Of a stretch of 64,000 bases of DNA, positions 24,062-42,400 are shown piece by piece. Within the stretch, counting starts at the first letter, position 1, and every line of letters begins with the position of its first letter. A program made the position numbers and the translations under genes. The notes under the pieces are model-generated. The model saw only the letters and a list, made by a program, of their open reading frames with translations, was not told where the DNA came from and did not search any database. Source of the DNA: Azolla caroliniana (lineage: Eukaryota > Plantae > Polypodiophyta); contig JBHGNT010000015.1 in NCBI GenBank assembly GCA_043228905.1, positions 12,400,001 through 12,464,000 on the forward strand, written 5' to 3'.

Positions 24062-26783
24062 CATGTGTTGTACTTGACCCTTGAAATTCTATATGATGGG
24101 TTTGACATTTTCACACTTGTGGTTTCTCCATACTCTTAAGGAAGACCACATGATTAAGACTACATGACTAAGAAGCACCACATTATTGTGTGAACACCAC
24201 GTTATAAAGGAAGATCATGTGCTTGCATGATCTCTATCTAATCCTCTTGCCTAACTTCCATTCATTCTCTTCTAGTACACCCAATCAGACAGAACTTTGG
24301 TTATCCATCCTTTCTGAACCCACTCAAATCTCCTCCATCCTATCTGACTTCATTCATCCTCTCATCCAAAGACTCTTCTAATCTCCCAAACTTGCTTGTG
24401 TCCTCTCCTCCATCCTTTCAAGCTCCATTAAGGAAGACCACATGATTAAGTAAAGACAACCTAACTAAGAAGCACCACATTATAAAGGAAGATCATGTGC
24501 TTGCATGATCATTATCTCGTCCTCTTGTCTAGCTTCCAGTCATTCTCTTCTAGTACACCCACTCAGATCTTTGGTTATCCATCCTCTCTGAACCCACTTA
24601 ACTCTCCTCCATCCTATCTAACTTCATTCATCCTCTCATCCAAAGACTCTTCTAATCTCCCAAACTTCTCGTGTCCTCTCCTCCATCCTTTCAAGCTCCA
24701 TTCATCCTCCTCTCCAAGGACTCAATTGATTTTCTATTCATCCAAATCTCCTCTCATCCAAGCTTCCCTTCTTCACACATGATCTCCCCACATGACTTCT
24801 CCTCACATATATATATATATACAAATCCATTCGTCCGCTCCATGAGAAAGAGTGGGTTATGATGGGCATTTTTGCCTCACTCTGATGGTGCTAGTACTTA
24901 AAACTTACACCTAGTGCCTATAGATGCATTCTAATAGTCGCATATATTTTCCACTACATATTGTCAAGTAGCCCCATTGCATATAGTCACTATTGGAGAG
25001 AGGTAGCTACATACCTAAACTCTCTCTCTCTCTCTCTAAGTTCACTATAGAGTTTTTCTCCAACATTTATTATTAACTACGATTTTATTCCCTATTTATT
25101 TAAAGCTTGATTGTAACTAGTAGGTAGTCCAGCATTCACTTGACTATGAAATAGGAATTTCACCTGACACATCCCAGATAAAAAGAAAAAAAGTAAAATA
25201 AACATTTTATTGGATTGGAATCATCACTATTCTGCTGAATAGACAACCACTTTGAATAAATTGGTTATTTTAGCTGGATAGCTCATTTTGTTCCTGCTAT
25301 ACAAACACAGGCTCCTTAGCTGAGTGTCTCTATTTTTCTTCAAACTTCAACCCACTGCTGCTATCTAACAGCTTATTCATAAAGAGATCATTTTGGCAAG
25401 AGCTGAAGAACTCAGTTGGGAAATGCCTAAGATCACTTGAAAGAATAATTAGACATCCACTCTATGAAAAGATAAAGTTATGAAGTAGTTGTTCCAAATC
25501 TCAATCAAAAGAGGTATCACTGAATCAAACTTCATTTGCATTTTCATTACAAGTGACTTAATCAAAGATGTCATCTAACAAAATAGTATATCAGCAGTGT
25601 TCATTTTCTACTATTCATTTGAAGACAACACTAATCTTTATAAGATTTTTATTGAAAGAATACAATTAGTGTTCATCTTGAAAGTTAAAACTAGTCTATA
25701 TCCACTAATCAAAAATGGTATTCCTTTTGAAAAATACAACTAACATTCTCTCTAGTAATCAAACATATGTGCTTGTTTCTAGCAATGGGTATGGTTCGGT
25801 TTCGGTCCGGTTCGGTTTCAAGGCAAAGAGACCGAACCGAACCGTCTATATAAAACAAAAACCAAACCAAACCGTTTATGAACTCTCAAGTATTTAAACC
25901 AAACCATTTACAAAAAAGTAAACCAAACCATTTAGGGAAAAGTTGAAACCAAACTGAACCATTTAATAAAAAATTTAACCCTAACCATTTAAATCAAACT
26001 AATTAAATATTTAAATAAACAAAAATACATTAAATTAAATAAGCATTTAGGTTAAATTTACTAAATCAATAAAAGAAACTTTAATTTGAACCATTAAATT
26101 AAATAAACATTTAAGTTAACTTAATTAAATCAATAAAAAACCATTAAATTAATAAACTATTATGGTAAAAAAAAAGTTAACCAAAAACAAATAAACCTAT
26201 AAACCCGAGTTTTAGAACCGGACTGAACCGAAACTGAATCATTTATCGAAAATCCAAACCAAACCAAACCATTAAATTTTTTTGGGAACCAATAAACCAT
26301 TAAACCATGGCTTAACAGTTCGGTTCAGTTTGAGCCGAAACCATGCCCATTGCTACTTGTTTCCAAAGATTATGCTAAACAATCCTTTGATGTTCATTTT
26401 TTAGGGTAGCGAAAAATCGAACTGTTTCTGCTCATTTTGGAAAAGTCAAACTAACCTTTCCTCCACTAACCCAAAAAAAATTTGGTAACGTAAGTCGCAA
26501 CCATAGCACTAACACCTCCAACTATTTACCGCACCTATAACAAGAAGAAGGAGAAGGAGAAGCAATTTGAACCACTTACATTATCATATGCCGGAGCGAT
26601 GCGGTTAAAGAGTCGTTGACGATCTGTGGAAGCAACGCCGGACACCATAGGAAGCATAATCGAGCTCTTCTTTGGAGACCATGGCGAGGAGGCAGGGGAA
26701 AGAGCAGGGTATGGTGGGAATGGGGACGTTATATGTGTTGTGACAGACGAACCGAAGCGATGGTGAAGCTTCGCAGAGTTCAT
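20185..26783 (-). CDS. MENG: 2-phytyl-1,4-naphthoquinone (demethylphylloquinone) methyltransferase, UbiE/MenG family, plastid-targeted; 8 exons, 281 aa
   Basis: Exons (minus): 26783-26580, 21528-21464, 21212-21122, 21052-20964, 20839-20706, 20633-20572, 20463-20364, 20285-20185. All introns GT-AG, frame consistent (846 nt). Motifs [71 protein letters not shown] and GLMGVLV. Ser/Pro-rich N-terminus consistent with a transit peptide. Confidence 0.95.
21340..21476. repeat. ~67-bp tandem duplication that copies the MENG exon-2 splice donor
   Basis: TTGAAGAATGAAAGAGAGTATTGCA...TAAGCATATCTACCTGCTCCAC present twice. Confidence 0.9.
21677..22039. repeat. 187-bp-period tandem duplication in MENG intron 1
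   Basis: TTCTATGTTTAAAGACGGCAATTAGCAG...GCTATGAATTCTACCCTAA starts at 21677 and 21864. Confidence 0.9.
22657..23995 (-). mobile_element. Possible highly decayed LTR-retroelement remnant in MENG intron 1
   Basis: Minus-strand purine tract AAGAGGGGG followed by TGATGAC near 23176 looks like a PPT/LTR junction. Adjacent sequence is weakly gag-like; no intact ORF. Confidence 0.3.
24136..24702. repeat. ~292-bp-period imperfect tandem duplication in MENG intron 1
   Basis: TTAAGGAAGACCACATGATTAAG...CATCCTTTCAAGCTCCATT starts at 24136 and 24428. Confidence 0.85.
25780..26355. mobile_element. hAT-type MITE (576 bp) in MENG intron 1
   Basis: TIRs TAGCAATGGGTATGGTT / AACCATGCCCATTGCTA. Perfect 8-bp TSD CTTGTTTC at 25772-25779 and 26356-26363. 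Many AACC(G/A) subterminal repeats. Confidence 0.93.
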
Positions 26784-29700
26784 CGACGGGAGCCTAAAAA
26801 AGTTATCGTCGAAAGAGACCAAGACAGACAGACACAGAGAGAGAGAGACGCACGCACAAATAAATAAATAAATAAATATGGGAAAGACACATACATACTT
26901 CAAGTTTTTTTTCTGTTTTATAGAGCAAATATATATATGTAGATAAATATATATGTTTGTCATGTGAAGAGAGAGATCACAGGTTCGAGCACTGGGACCG
27001 CACGAAATGAATGAAAAACTCATGATTACACATGGTAGCTTCGCCCCCATGCCTCACACCTCATATGCTGCCTTCATTCATGATAGCATGCAAGCCTCGT
27101 CTATACAATGTTGCCATTGATTCATATTGTCGTAAAGAGAATACATATTGTGACAAGCCTCATATTACTTGCAACCATTGTCCGCACATGATGAGCTTCT
27201 TGTAACAACTCGGAACCTTGAGTTCAGGACATATGCATTAGTCCGACACACGCAAAAACTTTCAATTGCCCTTACCACAAAGGAGTGGCAAATGAAGAAC
27301 AAGCCAATTGTTGTTAAAGATGAGCCCGAATGTGAAAGTGAAAACATCACAAATAGGCACCTTCAAACTACACATGTTGGCTTGACCTTTGCCATTGAAT
27401 TGAAACATTGTCAAAAAACAAATAACCTTCCCCGCATTGCCTCCAACTTCTATTTTAGAAGGGATCTTCCTTCATACATCCATCACACTAAACCTTGACA
27501 ACTTTGACATAATCGAGTTTGTGCATCCAAATGATTCATCCATGATATCATCCCTTGCCAAATCGAAACAAAATTGTATGTACGAACTAGACAATGATTG
27601 ATGGGGGTGGGGGTCAATATGGTGCAAGTGTCATTGTGGTTGCAATGTTAATGTCTCCATTAACCCATGACACATGCTCAAACCCCAACCATAGATATCT
27701 CCTCTGCTACCTTAGAAATTCCTACATTTACATTGTATATGTTGACACATGCCCACTTATTTACTATAACATCCAAAATATCACTTACCCCAAGTTTGGA
27801 ATTGGCATACATTCCCCTAGTCAATGGTTATTAGCCCCTATTTGTTTGATGCCATGGTTTTCTGTTAGTGTAGTTTTTCCACCATTGCTATCCTTAAGAT
27901 TCAAATATATGCACAATACTTTTCAACATCTTTATATTAGATTACATAAAAAGCAACACACCATGTAGGGTATGACCAAGAGGATAACAATGGTCCCACA
28001 ATATGAAAACCATAATACTATACTTCAACCTCTTCCTTTTGCATCAAAAGTCGTACTGATATTTTACCTAATTGATCAAGATTTACTTTTGTAGGGTCTC
28101 AAGTCCCTTCAAGACTTCCAATAACTCTCACTACTCCTTCACCGTGACGTATATTTGATCATATACTATGTCACCCACTTATTTTTCATTAGTTCTTAAC
28201 TCAAACAAATACCATTCTTGATTCACTCTCCTTTACACATACACATTGCTTACATTGTACTAAATAAATAAAATAGAAAAGGAGAGACAAAGAACAAAAT
28301 AATTACGATACATAAAGTAATCTATTGAATAGCTAAAAGTTTTTTTATAGAAATGAAAGCTCTTTATTTATATACAATCATCCGCATTTATATACTATAG
28401 TAGGTTACCATCCCACTATTTATTCTTAAAGGTTGATATCTATTGGTTGATTAAACAACAATCGCTTTTAGTTAAATAAGTAACCTTGTTATTAAAGAGG
28501 ATTTTATTCCCTATCTTAGCATATGCCTGAATACCTACTATATATACAATATGGCCTTCTAGTAGTGTTCACACACTTGGGGGAAATGGAGTCCATAATT
28601 GAATCTATATTTGATGGTTGGAAAGATATTAGATGAGAAGGGAGAGTTTAGGGACGGCAAATATAACTTTCATCATTTGGTTGGTCGAAGGAAGGCAAGG
28701 AGTCAAAGAGTTCAATGGTTGGGAGTGGGTTGGGGAAGTTGGGCTACGATTGGGTGGATGAGGGGCAACAACATTCAAGGCGACGTCACACACATGGTGG
28801 GAGTTATCAAGGCTTTTTGACAATACTCATTAATGTTTCCTACACATCATGGTTTTATTGAAGCTAGAGGAGTGAAGGTGGGTATCCACTAGTTTGGCCT
28901 CGGTCTACCCAAGGAGAGCCTTAGTCTTTTGGAGTTTGTGCCTATCTTCTTCTCTCAACCTTCGTGGTGGGTGTAGAACAACATCTTATCCCTAGACTAC
29001 CCCTGATCATGATTTTTGTGAGTTGGTGGGCTCTCCGAGGGCAGGGAGACATTGTAGAGTTTGGGCACTATTGGCCCCTCTTGGCCGAATCGTAGTTGAG
29101 ATGTTGTCCTAGAATGTTTGAACACGATTAGAAGGCCATAATGTATCTATTTGGGATATAGGTTAGATTAAGAAATAAAGGGGCATTTAAATACAAAAGC
29201 TACCAAATTAAGTTGAAAGTGGTGTTTGGTAAGACAACCAACAAATCCCAGTTTACGATTGGATAGAAACATGCTTATGACATATAAACATCAACAACTA
29301 TAACAATAAATATATTTGCATCTTTTTACTAAACGTTTTTACATAGGTACAACACCACTAATCTTCATCTTCTATATAATAATTTAATTATATTTCATTC
29401 TTCCATGATGCATGTATCTATATTTTTCTTGTGAGCAACAATGAAAAGGGTGAATAGGGGTGTGTATGCTCATGTGCGTGCATGTGTGTGAACACGAGTA
29501 ACCAGAGACATTCAAAACGAGCGTTTGTGAGACTAAATTCGAGATGTATGTGTATGGGTCAATTGCCTAAAATTTGTTCAATGTTTTGCTAAACACATTC
29601 CTCTGTTCAGTTTTTTTAGAAATCACAAAAATGTATAAATACGTACACATCTATATGTAACTTTTGTTCCCTTTTTTTCTTTTTTGTTCCACCCCTTTCT

Positions 29701-30693
29701 CACCTCGATGAACCATCGAAGTTGGCTCACCGAAGTTTGATTTAACACTTCAACAATTCATCGAGAGGTAGGGTTGACACCTTGTTAGAGTTGTGAAATA
29801 ATGACAAATACTTAAAATGTTGGGAAAACTACGACCACATAAAGACCTCATCAAGCCATCTTCCTATAGATGTAGACAACAATACATCCCAAATACAAAA
29901 AGAAAACATTAAAAATATTCTCTGTAAGAAAAGATGGAGCATAAACAAACCAACTCACGGTGGACCAACAATAAGGCAAGTTTGAACAATAAATTCGAGG
30001 CAACCATCGCTACCCACCCAAAAAGCATGCATGCCTATCTCATTCAGCCTCGAGTATAAGAATCACACACTCGCTCCACCCAAGCCACAACCACTAATAC
30101 GATAGAGGAAATGCACACATCAAGTGGGGCACCAAGTCGAGGAAACATTGTAGCAGAAAAAAGGTAGGTTACAGCAATTCGCACGTCTTTCTTCCACCTC
30201 ACACACTCTTCTCGTATGTTACCACTCGTCTCCACACAATTACACCTCTCTCTCTCTCCCCCATGCAATCACTCTTTCCACATCTCTAATTCTCACAATC
30301 TTGCCCTTCTTCTGACTACTGTCTCCGAGCGTATGTTTCCCGTATGAGTTTCACAAGACAATGATAATCCTTCATCACAACATACTCTTAGGTATATGCA
30401 CCCCCTTTGACACACACAAGAATAATAATAAGTTATAACAATAACAATAACAATAACAATAACAATAATATCATTCATTGTAAAGGATGAGGAGGTCGGG
30501 GGTTCGAATCCAGACAACATCCGAAGAACCACTCCTCCTCCTCCTCCTCCTCCTCCTCCTCCTAGACTCTGTCTCTCTCTGTCTCTCTGTCTCTCTCTGT
30601 GTCTTCTGTCTGTCGTCCGGCTTCCCCTGCCTGTCACTGCGCACGACAGCGACGCAGAAGAAGCCAGGGCGGTGCAGCAGAAATAGGAGCGCC

Positions 30694-35203
<4,510 letters not shown>

Positions 35204-38200
35204 ACAAACTCTATGCACTGATGATGATGTTCTGGATTGTGAAAAATCACCATCTACAGGAGTAGCTTTTGTTGGGATGGTTCGTTAACTATGTGGAATA
35301 CATTGCAAAGGGGTTTATTTAAGTTGGTGATGATGATAGCTGTAAAATTGAACAAGAGTTGTGTTTGGCCAGCTACCATGTATTGAGAGTAAAAAAGTGA
35401 GGATGGTGAAGAAGATAGTTGGGGCCTTCACCAGGTTAGTGACTTCACGTGAGATATGTGTTTGTTCTTTTTCTTTTTCTCTATCCTCATGAGTTCAGAA
35501 GAATGGTGCTGCCATAAAAAAAACCTCAGTCATGGACAAAGGGATCATCTATTTTTATGGCCGAGTTTGGGTTTGATTTTGATTCCTTGTATTTATATGT
35601 TCAAGATCAAGAGACATTGTCGAGGATGGAATGTGCAAAACATTAAATACAAATATTTTGTTTATTTTCTCCATACATTCCAAAGATGAGTTTACAAATC
35701 CCAGCCAACTTCCTATAATGAGTTAGAATCATTGGTGGTGGATTGTGTGACCACAATCTGTTATTCCCGTTCTTTCTAAGAAAATAATATAGCTTCGCTT
35801 CATGTCATTCATTTCTCAATGAATTCTGTAGTAAACTTTGCTAAGATAGGCAATAATTCCTTCTAAAATAGAGCAAGAGGTCCTCATAATGTTAGTGTAA
35901 ATGGGATTTTGATGCTTTTGCGTGCTGCTCATATTCTTGTTTATATTAATGTTCTTTGCCTTTGTTCATACCAAGTGGACGTTTGATCTTAAATGCTTCT
36001 TCCGCTGCCGCGTTTTTCTATTATTTGTTCAGGATTGCTCCAGATTCCAACTTGTAATTTGTGAAGTATCTCATGATTTTTATGTTTTATTTTATCATAA
36101 TGCCTAGTCACTAATTGCTGATGAAAGCGGAAGGCTTATTCTGAAGATAATTGATGAAGTTTCTTAATGTGTAAGAAGTCATGATTTTTATGTTTTGCTT
36201 TAGCATGATGCCTGATGACGAAAACGACCAAATGCTTATTGTGAAGGTAGCTTTAATGACATCTCATGTATCGTAGCACAAGGTCATATATTAAATCCTT
36301 GTAAGTGGCTGTAAACTATATCTAATATTTTTCAGTTTAACAGCTATGATGAAATATTGATACTGATGGAGATCAATCTTAAAGACAAATAACTCACATT
36401 CCAAGTGGAGTCAACTACTGGAATAGTATCATCATAAATAGCTTCGAATTGAAAACAATAAACTAGCATTCTTAACTAGTCATCATGTGAATCAGAGTTT
36501 GGAATTAGATTGTTTTATCAGCTTCTATATAAACGCATTTAATACCTTACCTTCTATCAAGGGCCCCCAAAACCCTTGGTGGCCACTTTTCATCTTCCAG
36601 AAATACTTCTTGAAGTTTTTTTTGTTTGTGTACGATCCAAGTCTACACTAGTCTTGAGTTTGACCTGATTGTCATAGTATGAAAACTATGAAGTAAAAAC
36701 TTGTTAATTGCGATTGGTTTCATATTGAAATTTGTAATATTTTATGCCGAGGCCCTTTTGTAGGTCTTGCTATGCAAGCATTGACTTTATACAATGCAAT
36801 GGTTTTCAGCCCTGGAGTTGTCGAAGACATATTTATACGTTTTTGGGTTTAGTTGGTTTCATCATTATCTTGGAGCTAGTCGACTTGACTTTTAAATTCT
36901 TCAATCATTGACTTAACTTGGTTAAGTTGTTTTGAGATTGCACTTCTTGTTAATATATGTTCAAAGCATTTGTTATCTATACCATTGTCATTTCTCTTTG
37001 GAACAAATGAATTTGGAGATTTGTAGTGAGGTGTACAAATTGGCCAACATTTTGTTATGTATTGCGTTTGATTGACGTTAAATTTGAAGAGTCCATTAAT
37101 TGATTCACCCCATTCATTAAGAGGTAGATGTAGGGTTTTAATTAGTTCCACATACTTTTAAATATTACATTCATCCTTTTAAATCAAAATTTATTGACGA
37201 GATATTCAAAACAAACTACCTTACTAAACTTTGCATTATCTTTCTCTTGTATACATACCCCATAGTTGCATAGAGTCAAATTAATCTATGTTGATCATGA
37301 TTATGTTGTACCTTTGGCTATATGTTTTGGTAATTATGCAAATCTAAGGGATATTGTGTGAGTATTGAGACAAGTTAGGACGATCTTGTAATTGTAGAAT
37401 TGAAGAGTTTTTGGCTATTTTCTAGAAGGCAAGGTACCTTGGGGTACCTTGGTAATTTTGCAAAAGTTACAAGCGTTTTGGTTTTTTACCATACAATGAG
37501 ATCCTATTACAAAGCCTTATGGTACTTTGTCATATATAAAGCAATTACAATCTACAATATAATATATAATTTTATACATAACACACAATCTCTTATCTAT
37601 TTTTGCACATAAAACTAGTAGTATTTTGTTTGGAAATGAATACAATTTGTTTCTTGATAGAAAAAAAGGAAAGTTCCCATGTTATTCATCTTCAAAAAAC
37701 CATTAGGAAAAGTTAGGTTATCTTTTAGAGCCATTAGATCTTGAAAATCTGGACAGTAGAGTGTGTGGTTAGTCACAGTTGGCGATATCCAAATAACATC
37801 ACATTGTAGCCTTTGTAAGTACTCTTTTTACTTTTACTTTTGATAGTTTTTAGTAGCTTTTCCTTGGGGTGGGGTTTTTTAGGTGGGTGGGAGGCAAGTG
37901 ACAAGAAAAACATTTTCCTTGAGCACTTGAATAACTTCTACCTAAATCCTAAGTGTCATTCACATGGAAACAATCACTATATTACTTTGACCTTCATTCA
38001 ATGGGGTGTATGTATGTGTGTATGTTTGCTTGCCTTGGTTGGTGGTACCATTACATGTTTGGTTTGAATTGACACTCACAATCACAAAAGTAGCAAATCA
38101 GTGTGTGATTCAATCAACTAGGATATGTTCATACTTAATCTAAGACCAATTAATAAGTTTTAAATCATGTAATTAGTAGAGCTTGTTCGTAACAATTGAA

Positions 38201-39405
38201 AATTATAAATTTCCTAACCTCATATATATGTAAGGTATAAATACGTGCTTAGAATGATTTTTTATGTGATTAAGAGCCTCAACTTTAAGGAGTTACCTTA
38301 ACAATCATTGTTTTCTAACTTCTAGTAAATAGAAGCATATTTAGAATTATCTTCCTTATTAATATCCTTGATGGTAGTGCATAGAAGGCCTTTTTCTATT
38401 GCAAATGTTTTCAACGAACATTGTTTGTACAAAATCATGAGCATATGTTCATAGGAAAATAGTCACTACATTGTTTTGACCTTCATTTAATGTTGTTCGC
38501 GTACTAGCAAAGTCATATTTTAGGGCGAGATGGTGATGGATGCAAGATGCATTAATTGTTCAAGTTTTTCCAACTCTATTCATACCACCAAGCATGTACA
38601 CATGTTTGAAGTTTGTAACGACCACCAACATGTTATAATATTTCTTTAAGCACTTGAAAATATGATGGCACTTAGCTTACATGCTTGATGAATTTAATAG
38701 CTCCCTTAGTTGCACTAGAGTCAAGGGGCCTGATGAGTCTTTTTGTTGACATGATCATGTGTAACACACATTTTGACTACCCAATGTTATTGAATGTCCA
38801 CAATCAATGTGGGCAACTATAATAAAGTGAATTGTAACCGTGACCCATGAAAATGTTTAGTTAGCAAACTTGATTGCGATACCATGGAGATGCAAGTATA
38901 TGTGTGATGGATTCCCTATGCGACACGAAGTAGTGGAAAGTTTGAAGACACATTCTTGACAAAACACAAATACGTGTCCTCAAGGATCTTTATGGCAACT
39001 TTTTGAGTTTTCTACTCGAGGATATTTGAATGGAACCTAATGAAATCATGGTGTTGGTTTATTACCAACTTCTGGGAATATGTACATTCCAAAGGCAAAT
39101 TGCATGTCATCATATGGTCTATTTTAACATGTAGATCTTTTTTTTTTTCCAAAAAAACATGTAGATCTTTTAGTGAGTCTAATAGACATCAAGCACAAAT
39201 ATATGGATGATGTAGATAGCTTTATGAGAAACCTTGAGGTTCAAATATAAATTATGGGACCAAAGTGAAATATTTTATAATGATTTGTTTTTTAGAGATA
39301 AACATATAAATTTTGCTTTTTGTGAGGGTGCATTACGGTGATTGATAGAAAGGTACGTAGGAGAAGGTCTTGGTTGAAAATTCGAGCAAAACAAGCTTGA
39401 AACAA

Positions 39406-39452
<47 letters not shown>

Positions 39453-42400
39453 CGCAAGAGTGGAGAGGGGAAGAAAAAGAGAAATTGTTTTTATTGCTGC
39501 GCTCTCTATCGGTAACGGAATCGAGCATAAAGACATGCGTTGGAAAGCCCTCGATTAGAGCTTCGTAAGAGATATAGCAAGTTAAATTTGGTGATCTGTG
39601 CGAGAAGCAGAGATTAAAATAAGGAATCTCGTGTTGTTGGCATCCACATACTCAACACACATTGTGGGTCTTTGATTGTATCCATAATCTTCGACCTCTT
39701 CAATCGGGTGAGTTCCGGTTGTCTTTCTTGTTCATGGAAAATTGTTTTTATCCCGGATCACTATCACATCAAGAATAATGGATATAAACATGAATTCCTC
39801 TCAAATTGTGGGGGACATCGCGATATGGAAACCATTGATCCAAAAAAGAGTAATGTAATGGTTGAATGTAATCGTGAAAGGGAAGACATTGGAAGCTTTA
39901 AGAGGTTTAAGGGCATTGAGGAAATTAATGAGAAAAAAGCGATATATGCTGAAGTAATACATGTAGACGAGGTTGACAAGGATAATTGTGATTGGGATAC
40001 TTTATGGGGAATTGCCAATACCTTATTGTCTGATATTTTGGAAGAAAATGAAAATGCAACAAAAGAATGCAATGATGAGGATGTTGATGCTAAGGTAGTG
40101 TTACAATCTTTTGATGTATTCTATGATCGTGCAATTATATTGTTTTTTACTGGGAAACTCCCATACATTAATTGGATTAAACAATGGTTGAACACAATCG
40201 TGTCACCAAATTGTGTTGAAAATATATATGTAGGACCACGAGGGTTTTATGATGTAGTGTTTCGTTCACCGAAACATCGAAGTGCACTGTTGGCTAAAGT
40301 TCTAGTGTTTTTTGATAAACGATTGGTGCATGTAATGCAATGGTCCCCTATTGTGGACTATCATGCTTTGTTAAAACAAGAATGCCTTGTTTGTGTAACA
40401 GTGGATTGTAAGCATGCTCTTTTATGGCCACTTTTACCAGAGTTGATGAGTCAAATGGGTAAAGTGTTGGTATCTCCACATGCAAATGCTACAAATAAGT
40501 GCAAATTTTGTGTGTTATGGGATACAAGTCGTAAGAGGCCAGGATGGGTGCGTATGAACACACCTGGTATGAAAAGACTTTGTTTTAAATTGAAGTGGGA
40601 GGCATTTGCCGGTCATTGTTTTGGATGTGGTGAATGGGGTCACTTTATGGCGGAATGCCATCGTCATTGTCCTTCAACTATAGAGGTTCCTAATGAAGGG
40701 AATGCTAAGGAAGGAGTTGGGAGAGATGTTGGTGTGTCAGATATGGTGGTTGTTATGGATGAAGGAACATCATCTAGAGCAGGTTATAAAGAGGTTTCAC
40801 TTCAAGGTTTGGGCCCTAAGAATAAGGGAACTCAATCTATGGATATGGAAAAACAAAATTTGGTGGTTATAGATAGGGGGGGGAAACCGTTGGATAGAGC
40901 TAGTAATGATGTTGTTGTTGAAAAGGATTGGCATTAGGTTAAGGGCAAGTTGAAGGGCAAATCAATGAATATGCAACGTAATAGTTTGCCCACTACTCGT
41001 GAGACTACTTGGAAAAGTAATTCAGGAACTAGGGAGGGTCCTCGAAAAGTTCCTTGGCAAAGATAATTTAGGGTTAAGGGATTACCCCTTCACCTTCAAT
41101 TTGATTCATTGGGACGAGTTGTAAATTCATCGAATTCTCGAGGTTTTTGTCAAGCGGGAGAATCTAAACAAAAGAGTTCGATAGACAACTCTAAGGATGT
41201 GGTGCATGAAAATCCATATGCAACATTGGAACATGCTTTGACTAGTTTCATGACATCGGTTGCTCTAAAGGAGCAAGTGTACCCATAACATTGTTGACTG
41301 TATGAAAGTGGTAACATGGAATGTGAGAGGGGCATGTTCTCCTCATAAGAAGTATATATTATGGCAAAATTTATTAAGTAAAGAATGGGATGTATTATGT
41401 GCAGTTGAGCATAAGTGTCATGAGTTAGCAGGATGGATATTCATCATTCTATGCAGGACATCTTAATAATCATTATTCAGGTGTGGTATTAATCGTGCAG
41501 GATAAGTATTTTCCTCAGGTGGTGCATAATGATCCTTATGGTCGGTTTTTGGTTCTAGAAATCACTTTTTTTGGCGAGGTTGTGTGGGTGGTTGGGATTT
41601 ATGCCCCTAACCAAGCAACTCAACGTATTGCATTATGGGGCTCACTCCGTCACGTCCAGGATTACTTATGGGTGATTTTAACATGTGTGTTGATGCATCT
41701 CAATCTACGTTTGAACATTCAATCATGGATGATCCTGAGCAACTTGCTTGGGATTCATTGGCTATGGAGGTTTTGAAGTTGGATGTTTGGACATGGTTGC
41801 ATGGGAATGATCCAGGTTTTACTTTCCAATCCGCTCAACATAGACAAACATGGAGTCGGTTAGATAGAATGTATGTGATGCACAATGATTCTTTTTTATC
41901 GACATCACTTTGTATGACAGTTTTACAAGATGTAGGAACTTCATATCACTTTCCTATTTGTTTGGAGATTTGTGGTCATGCAATTGACATGTATAAATCC
42001 TTACTTGGAAAGCCTCCATTATGCTTTAACTCTTCTCTTTTGCTTCAACCTCACTTTGATTCTCTCATGGAGCAAATTTTGGTAAATTTTTCACAAGAAG
42101 TGAATCTTAAAGGAGTTAAAGCATGGGATATCACATTACGAAATATTAAGATTGTTCATCGTATGTATGGAGTAACTAATGCTCAACGAAGAAGAGGTCT
42201 TCTTCTAAAATTCTCACAAGTTCTCTCTAGGTGCAATGCATTATTGATACGTGCACCTTTAGATGAGGAGGTTTTGGATATCCAAAGTCAATTGCATGTT
42301 ATTACTTCTCAGTTGCAATTCCAAAGTTATCATTATGTGAAGATGCAACAATTGAGGGATGGGCTCATAGATAATCAATGCCAATCCCATTTGTTTTTCC

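Noticed and set aside
27165-27968. 109-aa and 124-aa ORFs upstream of MENG
   Set aside because: No recognisable domain or splice structure; likely decayed repeat or intergenic DNA.
28566-29124. Possible solo LTR bounded by TGTTCA...TGAACA
   Set aside because: No matching target-site duplication (AGTAG vs CGATT), no second copy and no PBS/PPT seen.
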